A DNA stretch of 64,000 bases. It comes from Guillardia theta CCMP2712. Lineage: Eukaryota; Protista; Cryptophyta. Both the position numbers and the translations under genes were made by a program. The stretch is taken from the NCBI RefSeq assembly GCF_000315625.1, contig NW_005434597.1:253610-317609 (forward strand), in the 5' to 3' direction. Of the stretch, positions 29,869 to 42,000 are shown in pieces. Under the pieces are notes generated by a model. The model was given only the letters and a program-made list of their open reading frames with translations. It searched no databases and was not told the DNA's origin. How positions within the stretch are numbered: the stretch's first letter is position 1; every line of letters starts with the position of its first letter.

Positions 29869-32800
29869 ATGGCGGCGAGAGCGATTCTATGGCTGCTGCT
29901 GGCGCTGACATGGCCGCGAGACGCACTTCCAGCATGCTCCTGCTCCGACGGCACTCAGATTACAGGCAAGCCGGCTCTCCTCCCCCCCTCCTCTACCTTT
30001 GTTCGTCCTGCTCTGTCTCTCTCCGTGAACAGTGTTGAATATTGATCAGCTTCCGGGTCTAACTTGTGGGGTGCTTGCAGATGCTGATTGTTTGGATAGC
30101 ATGTTCTGCAAGAATTGTGTGAACTGCGACATTCCTTGCTGCAGCTCGACAGATCGATGGGCAAGGTGGACCATCTCAGCGCCATGGGCGAAGAGACTCG
30201 GTCATGAAGCGGTCGCCATGCGATCTGATCTGGGAGATCGGATGGTGGTACTGGGAGGGCTCAGAGTTCCGGCAGACATGGAGGAGAGTAGAATCAATGA
30301 CGTGCTGCTAGGGAGCATACGACAAGCTCCTGCTGTTGGGAACATGTCCTCGACAAACTACGAGGTCCTCAATGACGTGTGGGAATCGTCGGACGGAGCG
30401 ACATGGCGGGAGGTCAGCTTTTCCAAGGTCTGGCCAGCACGGGCTCACTTTGGAGCTGTTGCCTCCTCCTCGAGCATGTGAGATCCTTCCTTTCCTCTTG
30501 CTTGCTCTGCTTTCTTGCCGACATCCTCTACAGCATGTATGTGTTCGGCGGGTTGGGTTTAGATGACAAGGGTGTCGTCTTGCTCAACGACGTCTGGAGG
30601 TGGAACTTCTCAACCTACATGAAGAGGTGAGAGTGATGAGATGTGCTTGACATGTCAATGGCAATGTGAGGATGACCGTCTGTTCCAGCAGGGTGATGGA
30701 CGCGGATATCTCGTGGACCCTCCTGACAGCGTCGGCTAGTTGGACCCCACGAGGCGTGTTGGGATCAGCGAGTCTTTTCAACAAGTTCTCGATGAACATG
30801 TCGATCATAGTGATGGTGGGAGGCATTCAGAGGATGGAAAACTCGTCGGAAGATCAAGCTGTCTTCAGAGATGATGTCTGGATGTCGGGGGATGGCTTGG
30901 TGTGGTCGCAAGTCACACAGGTGAGGAGGAGGAGGAGTGGCAGCAGCAGCAGCCGGACCGTTTGTCTGACCTTATTTTATTTGCAGAAGGCTCCTTGGGG
31001 GACTAGAATTGGATTTTCAATCCTATCACACGGTTCCCTAGCTCTTCTCCACCACTGACCTTCTCGTCCTTGCAAACATCCAAACTCTCCTCACAAACAC
31101 CTTGTCCCTGCCTCTTCCTCCCTCCCACTTCCTCTCCTCACAACAGCTCCGGCCCCCTTGCTTCAAATCTTCTCCTCTCCTCCGATTGATACTCCTACAG
31201 GCCGCAAAGACAACGAACAGCTCATTCTCCTGGGGGGTAGCAAGCTCTCTTCCCCAACCTCCCCGAGCTCGGGAGCAGGTGAGGAGGAGGTGGAGGTCGC
31301 AATCAGACTGACGAGGACACAGCGAAGAATGACGTGTGGGCGTCTCAAGATGGCATGACGTGGAGCCTTATCACCCCCAACAGCAACTGGAGAGGTTCGT
31401 GAAGCCTCTTTTGTCCTACTCTTGTCTTTCCTTCATATCTACCGGCCCTGCTGTCCCTTACCCGATGTTGCTTCCTCCTCCGCCTCTCCTCACTCTCCTC
31501 CCGTGGGCTGAGTCTTCTTGGTTCAGGGAGACAAGACTTTGCCGTTGCCAGTGATGGGCGTCAGCTGATCGTTGCTGGGGGTCGAGCCATTGTGGGAACC
31601 GACGAGACCATCTTCGAGGACGTGTATGCTTCCTCCAGGGAGTGCAGCTCGAGCAAGCAGACGTGTGACGCTGCTGGTTGTTTGCATCATAACATCATCT
31701 GCTGAGCTGAAATTCTTTCTTTCGCTTTCCCCCATTTGGCCGTGTGCCGTGCTGCTGTTCTCCCCCTTTCATCATCTCTTGCTCCCCTCGCGGATTTTGC
31801 ATTCTCTCTCCTTCACTCCTCTTCCTGTTATCTTCTCTGCCCTTCCTCCTCCTCCCACTTCTCCTCCTCCTCCTCTCACTCCTCTTCTTCCCACTTCTCC
31901 TCCTCCACCACCACCACCACCACCACCACCTCCTCCTCCTCCTCCTCCTCCTCCTCCTCCTCCTCCTCCTCCTCCTCCTCCTCCTCCTTTTCCAGGTATG
32001 GATTGGCTGCCATCGAATCTCTTGGAGCGTCAAAATTTCTGGGGAAAGCGCTACGGACTGAAGATGATCTCTATCAACGAGTCCATTGTGAGCCTCGACA
32101 AGCCCTTCACACCAGCTGAAGTTCAGCTGCAGGTCGCCATCGGAGGAGTCCAGCAGGATGCGGAGGGGTCGCTGCAGCTTGTTAACGATGTCTGGGTTTC
32201 TCAGCAGCGATGTCGCACTGGCGAAGTGGGTCCTCGGTGCAGGTGACGTTTCCCAGCTTTCCCACCAGCTGGACCTGAGCTGCACTATTCAGCCCGTGCC
32301 AACCCGGGACCTTCAGCTTCGATGAGGGGTTCCTCCCCTTCGCTCAGGCATGTTCTTGTCAAAGGTCCATCCGTGGAATAACGGCTGGTTGACACCCACA
32401 GTGCAAACTATGTGAAGCTGGGAAGAAGAATGAACAGTTCGGCCAGTCGACGTGCAACGAATGCCCAGCAGGTGCCCAGCAGATCGTCTCAGCTGGTCAA
32501 CTTTGACATCTGACATGGATTGACAGGCACTTTCTCGCCCCAGGCTGGGATGACGTTGTGCTCGGACTGCAAGAGTGGGACGTATCAGGACAAGACGGGG
32601 CGATCTACGTGCGAGGAATGTCCAGCAGGTACTCCAAAGTCCAGTCTCCCCGTCTTCTGCCTCCTCCCCATTACCTCGTCTACTCCCTCCTGGTCTTTTC
32701 TTCACCCTGCACCCTCAACGTTTCTTCTTTGCCTCTTCAGTACACGTCCTCCTCAAGGCCATGCTAGCGCGCCCATTTTCCTCCTTGCTCTCCTCTCCTC

Positions 32801-33588
32801 TCCTCTCCTCTCCTCTCCTCTCCTCTCCTCTCCTCTCCTCTCCTCTCCTCTCCTCTCCTCTCCTCTCCTCTCCTCTCCTCTCCTCTCACTCTCTCCGCAG
32901 GTCAGATGCAGGCTCAGTCCGGCATGTCCTTCTGCTCGAGCTGTATCCCCCAGCACTACTGTCCTCCTGGCTCCGTCGTCGCTCTCAGTATCCGCTGGTT
33001 GTTCTTGGAGGAGGAGGATGACAGTGAAACGCAGGTTGTCCTGACGGCTCCTCCTACTCCGGCACCTCCGCCTCCTCCTCGAGCGATTGCAGGTGTCTCC
33101 CCGGATACAGCGGAGAGGATGGAAGAGCTCCATGCAAGTAAGTGGAGGCTGGGGGGAGCTGAGAGCGTGACCATCACCCGCAGGCTGTGCCCACCTGGGA
33201 CGTACCAGAGCGAGGACGAGCAGAGCTCATGCCTGAGCTGCCCTGAGGTCTCCTCCTCCTCCTCTCCTCATCGCACTATCAGCTCATGCGGCTTGCAGCG
33301 GACAAACTCATCCGCAGGAGCGACGTCGGAGGAAGAATGCATCCCCTTGCCAGCTCGTGAGCCGCCCTGCCTCGTGCTCATCCCTACGCTGACTCCCAGC
33401 CGCTGCCCAGCTCCCCCATCCTATCAGGAGGTTCACGTGCAGGTAGCAACGCGCGTGCGGAATGATTTGGGTCTAAGTTCCTCCCCCAGCTTCGAATTCT
33501 CATCTCTGCATCTCGTCTCAACTCCACCCAAGAGCAATTCCGGCAGGTATGCTGCCTCCTCCTCCTCATCATCATCATCATCATCATA

Positions 33589-33658
<70 letters not shown>

Positions 33659-34903
33659 TGCTACTTCCTTTCTCCCCAGGGCTACTCCGCCGCCCCCCTC
33701 CCCCCGCATTCTTGTTCCTGACTTTGTCAGCTCCTTCCCTCGATATCTCTTCGTCTCCTTCTCACCTTCCCGTCTCCATGTTTGCATTCACTCACTGTCA
33801 AAGGCGATCGGAGCGGCGATCGGTGTGCCCCCTTCTCGGATAGTCATCAGCAGCATCCAAGGAGGAATCGTGTACTCAGGCAGCCTGTTGGACATCCCTG
33901 GCCTCCTTCCTGGCGAAGAGGACGAAGAAGAAGGTTTGCGCGATTACAGCACCGTCAATATCACAATCAGCGGTGACGTTTCTCCATAATACCCTTCCCT
34001 CAATCCCTCCCTCCCTCCCTCCATCCATCCATCCATCCATCCATCCATCCATCCATCCATCCGCCTCCAGCTCGTTACTTTCATCGCTACTTTCTTGGCC
34101 GTTGGCTCTCTCTTTTCCCTGCGCCATTCTGTCTTCCTCCTTGTCGCATCCTCGATTGATTGCTCCTGCTCTCAGTGCAAGAAAGTAGTCGACAAGATGC
34201 AGAGGAGAGGGTGATCGATCTGGCGACCATGAACATCGCCTTACAGGTGAGGGGAGGTAGAGGAGGAGAATGGAGAGGAGGGGAGCGAGGGGACAGGAGC
34301 GAGGGGAGAGGAGAGGAGGGTGTAAGAGGAGGAACAAGAGCGGGAGCAAAGGTAAGGAAGTGGGCGACTGACTTTTCTTCTTCCACGCCAGGCCGCAAAC
34401 CTCGGGGTAGCCTTCAGAGTCCTACTTGGCAACGGATCGCTTGCTCCAGAAGTCAGCAACCTTCCAACTACCACCCCAGCTGCCGTGACCACCAACGTTC
34501 CCAACTCAACTCCATTGGTCATCCACTGGTTCGACGGTAGCTCCTCCGAGCTCAAGGACGAGCTGGCCTCGCTGGACAAGAACGGGACCGCCATGGGCTT
34601 CCTCATTTGCCTCTCCCTCCTCGGCTGCTGCGCCTGCGTGTGTTACTGCAGGAGCTGCAGCCACACTGCAGGCAAGCTTGGCTCAGGTCAGCTCGTCAGG
34701 TAGCTCAAGGAGGAGTGACGTTGCGAGCAGGTAGCGGGCGCGTGATGCGTCGGATTCAGCTGCAGCAGCTCCCGCTCGCCTTCAAACCCGTACGTCTCTT
34801 GCTGTCTGTTGGCCCGTCCCTGACTGCTGCGCAGCACGACCCCAACAAGAGCGAGTGGAGGGCGTTGACGGGCAACAATGCTGACATGGACGACCTGGAG
34901 TGA
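29869..34903 (+). CDS. Type I membrane protein: signal peptide, Kelch-like NDVWxSxDGxxW repeats, GCC2/GCC3 (ephrin-receptor-like) Cys repeats, one TM helix
   Basis: MAARAILWLLLALTW; NDVWESSDGATW, DDVWMSGDGLVW and NDVWASQDGMTW; CKSGTYQDKTGRSTCEECPAG and CPPGTYQSEDEQSSCLSCP; TM GFLICLSLLGCCACVCY; ends DDLE*. Confidence 0.75.
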
Positions 34904-35137
34904 GAAGCTCCTGTCGTGTCACCTTGTAGATAACAGAGAGCCGCGAAGACGGCAGGGTTATTCTTTAGCACGTGTATAAAGGATTGATTAAGTGAGGCCA
35001 CCCTGTCTCCTCCTCCTCTTCCTCTCACGACTCCTCCTCCTCCTCCTCCTCGACCTTCCTTCGCTTCCTCCTCCTCCTCCTCCTCCTCCTCCTCCTCCTC
35101 CTTTCTCAGCGACTTCGCACCGCCTGCTTCTGATTCT

Positions 35138-36826
35138 TCAGCTCTCAGCATACGAGGAGCGGACGGAGGACATGAGAGTGTTGGACTGGCCTGCTCCTGA
35201 TATTCTCTGCAGCGTCACCTGCACGGGTTCATCACATCCTCGTCAACAAGAGCAAGCAGCCTCAACCTTCTGGTCGGTCCCATCCCGTCGAATGTCGATA
35301 GTGACCAAACTTCCTTCCTCTCCGAAGGTCAAGTTCTTGATCTCCTCCAAGTTGTAGTCCTGCACTTTGTGGCCGTCGATGGTGACCAGGACGTCACCTT
35401 CACGCAGCTACAGCATGTCAGCATCGCTCCAGCCGCTCGGTCCCAGCGCTCACCCCTCCCTGACGCTGAGCGGCGTAACCATGAATGAGCTCCTTGATCA
35501 CAATCTCTCCGTCGTTGTTGACTCGGAGCACGAGACCCAACCCGACCTTGTGCGAGTTGACGTCTACAAGAGATCTTCTCAGACTGCTGGAGTAGGTGTC
35601 AAGACTCTCGTTGGCTATCATGCGCTCCACGGGAACTTCGACTGCAGCCAGACAGTCAACGGCAACTCGATCCGACATCCCGTGGGCCTACCAGGTTTAT
35701 CGTTGTAGACTATCTTGTCTTGGTACACTATCTTGTCATGGTGTACAATCCTCTCCACCGGCACATCAACAAACTTGTCCACGATTCGCTCAACTGGGAC
35801 CTGATGGCAACTAAGCACAAGACCATCTCTTGCTTTCCTTCACCTGAACTTCTCGAAACTGAACTTTCTCCACCTCGACTGGAACCTCCTTCACAACGAT
35901 CTTCTCCACGGGGACGGCGCGGTGAACGATCTTCTCCACGTACTTGTCGACGTACACTGGCACCTCCTTGACGACGACTTTGTCTACCGGCACGGCTACC
36001 TCTTTGTTCACAACCCTCTCTCTTGCAACTTCCTTGAGCACTTCGTTCTTGACCTGACAGGCGCGTGAGGGAATGAGCCAGCAGAGGGGAGTCTGAACTT
36101 ACAATCTTATCCATTCGAACTTCTCGGGGTTGCTACGCCATCGGAACGCCAGTGTCAGGAGGTTGGAAGATGACAAGAGGAAAGGCTTACAGGAACTTCA
36201 ATCGTCATGGTCCTGGTGATGTACTGTGGAACTTGAGTGTTGAAAACTTGTGACACCTCCCGTGGTCGCTCATTCTCAACAATCTTATCTGTCGGAACAA
36301 CATCGTACGACACAACTTCCTTGTCCACTGGGACGACTTCAAGCTGATCAATCTCCACATGCTTGGTGATGTACTCGTATTCGGGAGGAGGCGGAGGAGG
36401 CTAGAAGAGAAGTCAGTCTTGTGTCAGCCCTCCACAACTCGCAAGTACCGGAGAGGCCACAACCACTTGGCGGGCAGGAGCCTGTACGATCTGCACAGGA
36501 GTCGTCTCGGTGACTTGCACTGGCTGAACGTAGGTCGGCTGAACATGCCGAACTTCTTGCACGCCGACCACTTGATGCTGCACAGGAACAGCGACTGAAG
36601 CTACAGTTGGAACCGCCACTGCTGAAGATATGGCGGTCAAGGGGATACTCTGAACTCCCTGTACCCGATGGAACAAGGCGCCGGATGAGATACCCGACGT
36701 GACAGGCCCGGAAACCGAGACATACTGAGTTTGAAAGGCTTGCGCGAACCGCTGCTCTTGCTGCCTCTCCACCGTCGTCAACGTCGGACTCTGATTCATA
36801 CTGCGCAGAACTCGTTTCAGGTCCAT
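35138..36826 (-). CDS. Epiplastin/articulin-like VPV-repeat protein with a C-terminal PDZ domain
   Basis: Repeated EVPVEKIV / VPVDKVV / VPVERIV; PDZ-like VGLGLVL...IVIKELIHGYAAQRQG..LREGDVLVTIDG...GEEGSLVTIDIRR; ends YAES*. Confidence 0.8.
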
Positions 36827-39043
36827 GACAGTGATGAGAGTGTGAGCGGATAGCAGTTAATTCTACACGTGTAAGGATTCTATCTTCACCTAAACAAGAG
36901 GACAGTTGATCACATTTCGGAGGTTCCCAAACCTCAGGAACCTGGAAATATTAAACAATCTCTGACAAAACTGATCCCGTGCTTTGCGCACCAGCGTTTT
37001 CTGCTTGTTATACCTATCTTTCACTATTCGTACACTATCAACTATTCCTTGGTTACAGTCATGTGCCCCACAAGTACGGAGTCTACCTGAAGCTCTTCTT
37101 CTCCTCATATCTCATCTTGTTCTAGCCATGTTCCTCTCGCTCCTGCACAGCCTGCATGCTCCACTTCATCCTCGCTGCCTCATCGATCGCGGCTCAACCA
37201 TCAGAACTCCACGTGGCCATCGTCGGCTGCATGGTGTGGACCCCTTCTGTGAGAAGCACCCCACCGCTAATCCCAGAAGTGCATCGTCTCCACTTGCTCC
37301 CTATTCTGGAATATTTCATAATTGAGTTCTTAAGTGAAAAGCCACATGATCTCACCTTCACCTTAGTTGTGGAATTTCGACCCACCCCTCAATTACACCA
37401 GGGTGGCTCGACCCCGTAGAAAGGCTGTAACCGCCTCATTTTGTGTTGTACCCTTCAACTTTTAGTCAAATACAAACACCCGTACCCATGACCCCTACAT
37501 TTGACCGGACTTGGCACCCCTGCCGAGTCCAGGAGAGACGATGACCCCCTCTAGCTACCAGCCCCCACCCCACCTTTTCTAGGCTCTGAAGGACAATCTC
37601 GTCTTGTACCACTCTACTACAATATTTACTCAATAAAAATGACTGATGAGTTGATAAGCCTCGGAACTTCCGGGGGGGCGCCGAGGCCGCAGACATGGGT
37701 GATCACCAGTCCGACACGGCGGGAGACAGTGACCGACCTCCGGGACCGGGCCGGACAATCCGATGATCCGATGATTGAGCCGGGCCGGGTCTGTGACTGA
37801 TCCGTCAATCGGCGTGAACCTCCAAGGCCCGAGAACCAAATCCAATCCTGCCAACTGCTGCCCCCCGAACTGTCTGTAATCATTGGAAGGAGTGAGGAGG
37901 GCCCGCCGGATCTGGAGGTATCAAGCAAGGGAGGAGGCGGTAGGTCCGGGTTACTACCGAGTGACTTCACGACCTGGTGCCAACTTAAAGTGTGTCTGGT
38001 GTGGGTGGGCCCGGGGTTCGGGGGGGCGCGGAGGGGGGTACGAGTGGCTAGGGGTGTGGGGTGACTTCGGAACGCTGTCAGGTACTGTAGCTGACGCCTT
38101 CGTTTCAGGGGAGTGGGGTGGGTAAAAGTGGGGTGGGGTGGGGTGGGGTGGGGTGGGTGGGGGATGATCGAATTGGACTCGCCGACCAAGGTAACTTCAA
38201 TTCTCTAACGGACTAGAGATCAAAAAAAAGAAATTGGAGACTACCCCTGTGATGAGTATAATTTTGTGGGGTATCTGATAGAGCAGGGTTCAGTTTGCTG
38301 GGGAAAAAGGGGGTAGAGCGACCGAATGTTAATTCAACCTCCATGAAGATGGGTAAATGAAGGCTAGAGGTTGGGGTAGAATGCAGAGTAAGGATAGGTG
38401 GGGTGGTGAAGGTATGATAAGATGGGGTAGTGAATTTTGGGTACACATTGGAATATGACTAAAATATTGTTCCTTATGCGATAGGCCGGGGCGCATGCTG
38501 GTATGGCCCGCGAGCCTTATGCGCAACAGGTGGCGCGTCGCGCATGGGATGAAATGCGAAGGAAGAGAAGGATGCAGGAGAACTTCAGAGGTGAGACCCC
38601 GAAGGCTCCCCTGCCTCTGCGTGCGACGACGTGTGCTGAACCGTTGGAAGCTGCCGTATGTGTGACAAGTCGGATACGTAGACATCACTGGTTATGTTTG
38701 TGCATAAGAGTTGCAACATCCTGGCTTGATTTGTTTTTCATGAGTGAAATTCTGTACTTTATTACCTTGTGCTCTTCTGAAATGATGGATTTGATCTTGA
38801 TGACGAGAAGGAGGAATGAATGACAAACAACTAATTACGCTGGTAGGCTCCGATGTTGGTGAAGTGAACAGAAGCCCCGAAATCTTTCAAATTGCTTCGA
38901 GCCGGTAAGTAGCTGTAGAAGACATGTGTCGTCCGATTCATAATCCTGCTGCCAGAACCGAGCATGTATTGAAAGCCAGGAATGACACAGATTTTGTGGG
39001 AAGATGGCAAGACAAACGAGCGTTGAACTTTCCAAACACCAGC

Positions 39044-42000
39044 ATGAATGGTGATTCCTCCATTGATCTGAGCGACCTACAAGACGACGTGCAAATTCTT
39101 GCTGATATCACAGCCGGTCCTGCGTTGGGTCAAAGTTACACTGAAGATCAAGCTAACTCCAGGTGGACAGCTCCTAGTACGATAGAGGCAAGAATGCTGG
39201 GCCTGTCCGATATCACCAACGACGGGCCGCGGCAAGACCGTCCAGACTCTCTGATCCACACCAAGAACGGAGTGACGAGCAGCAAGCTGCCGCAGGAGAT
39301 CATCGACGTTGTCATTCAGCTCGGCAGGCAGGGCCAGGCACAGGCGGTAGCAGCCAAGAGCCTGAGGGAGATGATTCATCATAAGAAGCTCCTGTACCAA
39401 ATCGCCTCCGAGGCCTGGGTGTTGGACGTGATCGCCAATGCACTCGTTGAAGGAAACAATGAGACAAGAGCCAGCTGCTGCGCGTGCTTCCGCCACCTGG
39501 CGTTGGAGGAGGAGGGCTGTGCACGGATGATCGGAAGCGCGAACGTCCTCTCTTCTCTTGTTGTGGCGCTGCAGTTGGGCGACGACAATGCCCGACAGAA
39601 AGCAGCAGCGGCCATAGGGAATCTTTCATGGAGAACTGAGAGGAACAGAGAAGTGATCTGCTCCAAGGAAGGGATCATCAGTGGGCTATTGATGTTGCTG
39701 AGGGTTGGTGGCATTCACTGCAAGGAATCAGCCCTCGCTGCGCTTTCTAACCTGACCCTGAGCAAGCTCTGTGCTTCAGCTGTCGTGAGCTCATTCGAAG
39801 CTCTGAATGTTCTCACGGAAGAGCTGACCTCGGGGAGCATGAAAGGTCAGCTGAGAGCTGCTGGCATCGTTCGCAACTTGGCGGCTCATCCAGAAAATCG
39901 AGCGAATTTGCTTTCATTCCCAGGACTCTCTCCTGCTCTTGAAGCCTTGCTGGTTGCCAAGACTAACACAGAGGCAGTCAAGCGAGCAGAGACTGCCTGC
40001 AGGTTCCTTCGGGGAAGTGGAGTAGGAGGTGTAGCCGGGAGTGGGTTTCAAATGATGGCAAGCGCTAGCAAGTTGAAGGACAAAGAATCAAGACCGGTTG
40101 CTGAGAACAACATTGCATCGAGGCTCAGATCGAATGGCATCAACGTTTCTGAGAAAGATGCCGAGGCTTTGTTGCACGAATGGCTGTCAAACAATGGGTG
40201 GGAGGATTTGCAAGAAAGGCTGCTGGACGCTGGGAAGACGGACTTCAGTTCGTTCGACAGGTTTGAAGCAGATCTTTTACCACTCGATGTCCCTGCTGGA
40301 AGATATCTATGGCAAGGAAGAGTCGTCTTGCGGATAAATCAGCAGAATAACCTACCTCAATATCTCCTTGACTCGGAAACAGGCGAGATGCTGTGGAACT
40401 ATGCTGCCTGTACGGAATTCTTCTTTCCATGGGCTCGCAAACACTTTGTCTGTAAATACGAGGGCAGATCTTGTCTGATCCTACTGCGAAGGAGCGGGAA
40501 GGTTGTGGCTCGAAGGGATAGGGAAGAGAAACAGGTCCCAGCTATGACAGGCAGCCATGAGGTCAGCCATGACGACGAGTCTCATAGTATCGAGATAGAG
40601 GATGTCTCCAAGGTACATGCTGAGTCCGTACTCATCCATAGCCCTGAGAACTCTCCGAGGGACAACGCTGCGACCGATGAGGTGACGACGCAAGCTGTTT
40701 CAGACGGAGGGAGTCACGAGGCAGACGATTCGCTTGTGGTACTCCAGGAGCAGAGAAGTCCGGTGCTGAATCAGCTGCTGGAGTGGGGCTCATTGAATGG
40801 ATGGAAAGATGTAGAGAAATCATTGTTCCGTGCTGGAAGGACAGATTATTCTCAATACGCGGTCTATGAACGGGAGATGGAGGAGGTCCCAGGGAAGGCA
40901 AACATCTTCACTTGGAGGGGTAGATCATTGGAGCTCATAGGAGAAAACAGGAGGAACCCGACAAGGTTGATAGATCTGTCTACGAATCAAGTTGTTTGGG
41001 ACCTTGAAAAATCTACCAAACTTCGCTTTCCGTGGGCAAAAGACAACCTGGAGGTCAAGAAAGAGAACGGCTGCCTGTTTATCTTGGACAAGAGCTCTGG
41101 GGAGCCCCTGCTGAAGATCAAGAACAAGTCGCAGCAGTCGGCACAGCTTAACGTCGGGTCGGGTCTGGATATCCGCACGGCAATCGACAAGTTGAAGGAA
41201 TGGACAGAGCAGAACGGATGGTATGACTTGCACAGAAGGCTGATCAACGCCGGGAAGACTGACTACCGCCGTTACGGGGAGATCGAGCCGTTGATGGTCG
41301 AAGTACCTGGTCACTCCGACCTGTTCACTTGGGAAGGACGAACGCTGAAGCTCATCGGACATCGCAAGGACCCAGCGTTGCTGAAGGACCACAAGAGCGG
41401 AGAAGTTCTGTGGGAGTTTGACAGCAGTACCAAGTTCTTCTTCCCCTGGGCACGGGAGCACTTCAACGTGCAGGTCAACAGCCAGAGGGTTCAGATCATC
41501 TCTAAGATCAGCGGGCAAGTGATCGGCAACTGCCTCAAGAAAGACGCGGAGATCGGCGACGCCATGATCATGCAGTCAGTGTCCAAGGAGATGGTTCCCC
41601 TGGTGCAGGTGCGCTGGCGAGGTCGAGCTGGCGCGCTGCTCTGACGGCCATGGCAGAAACTCGGGTTGCAAGCTCACATGAGAAAGGACATCATCCTTGT
41701 CCAGGTGCTCGAGCTCGCGCCCGATGCCTCTGACCCAGGTCGCCTCAGGTGGTTCGCGATTTCTCTGAGGACCTGGTGAGCAATGGGGAGGAGGGGAAGT
41801 CTTCTCAACTTCGAGCCTCGTCCGGGGACATCCTTGTTGTCCTCAGGCTGTGAGTTGCCGTCCTGTCACTGTCAGAGTGCACTCTTGCTGAGCGTGCATC
41901 GTCAGGGGGCACCAGGGCTGGAACTTCGGCAAGGTCGTTATGGATAGATCGGGGACGAGGTGACAGAGGATGTTTGCGGAGCTGCCAGGAGCTGAGAAGC

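Noticed and set aside
33560-33657. Poly-Met, poly-Ile, poly-Asp and poly-Ser ORFs
   Set aside because: (TCA)n microsatellite inside an intron
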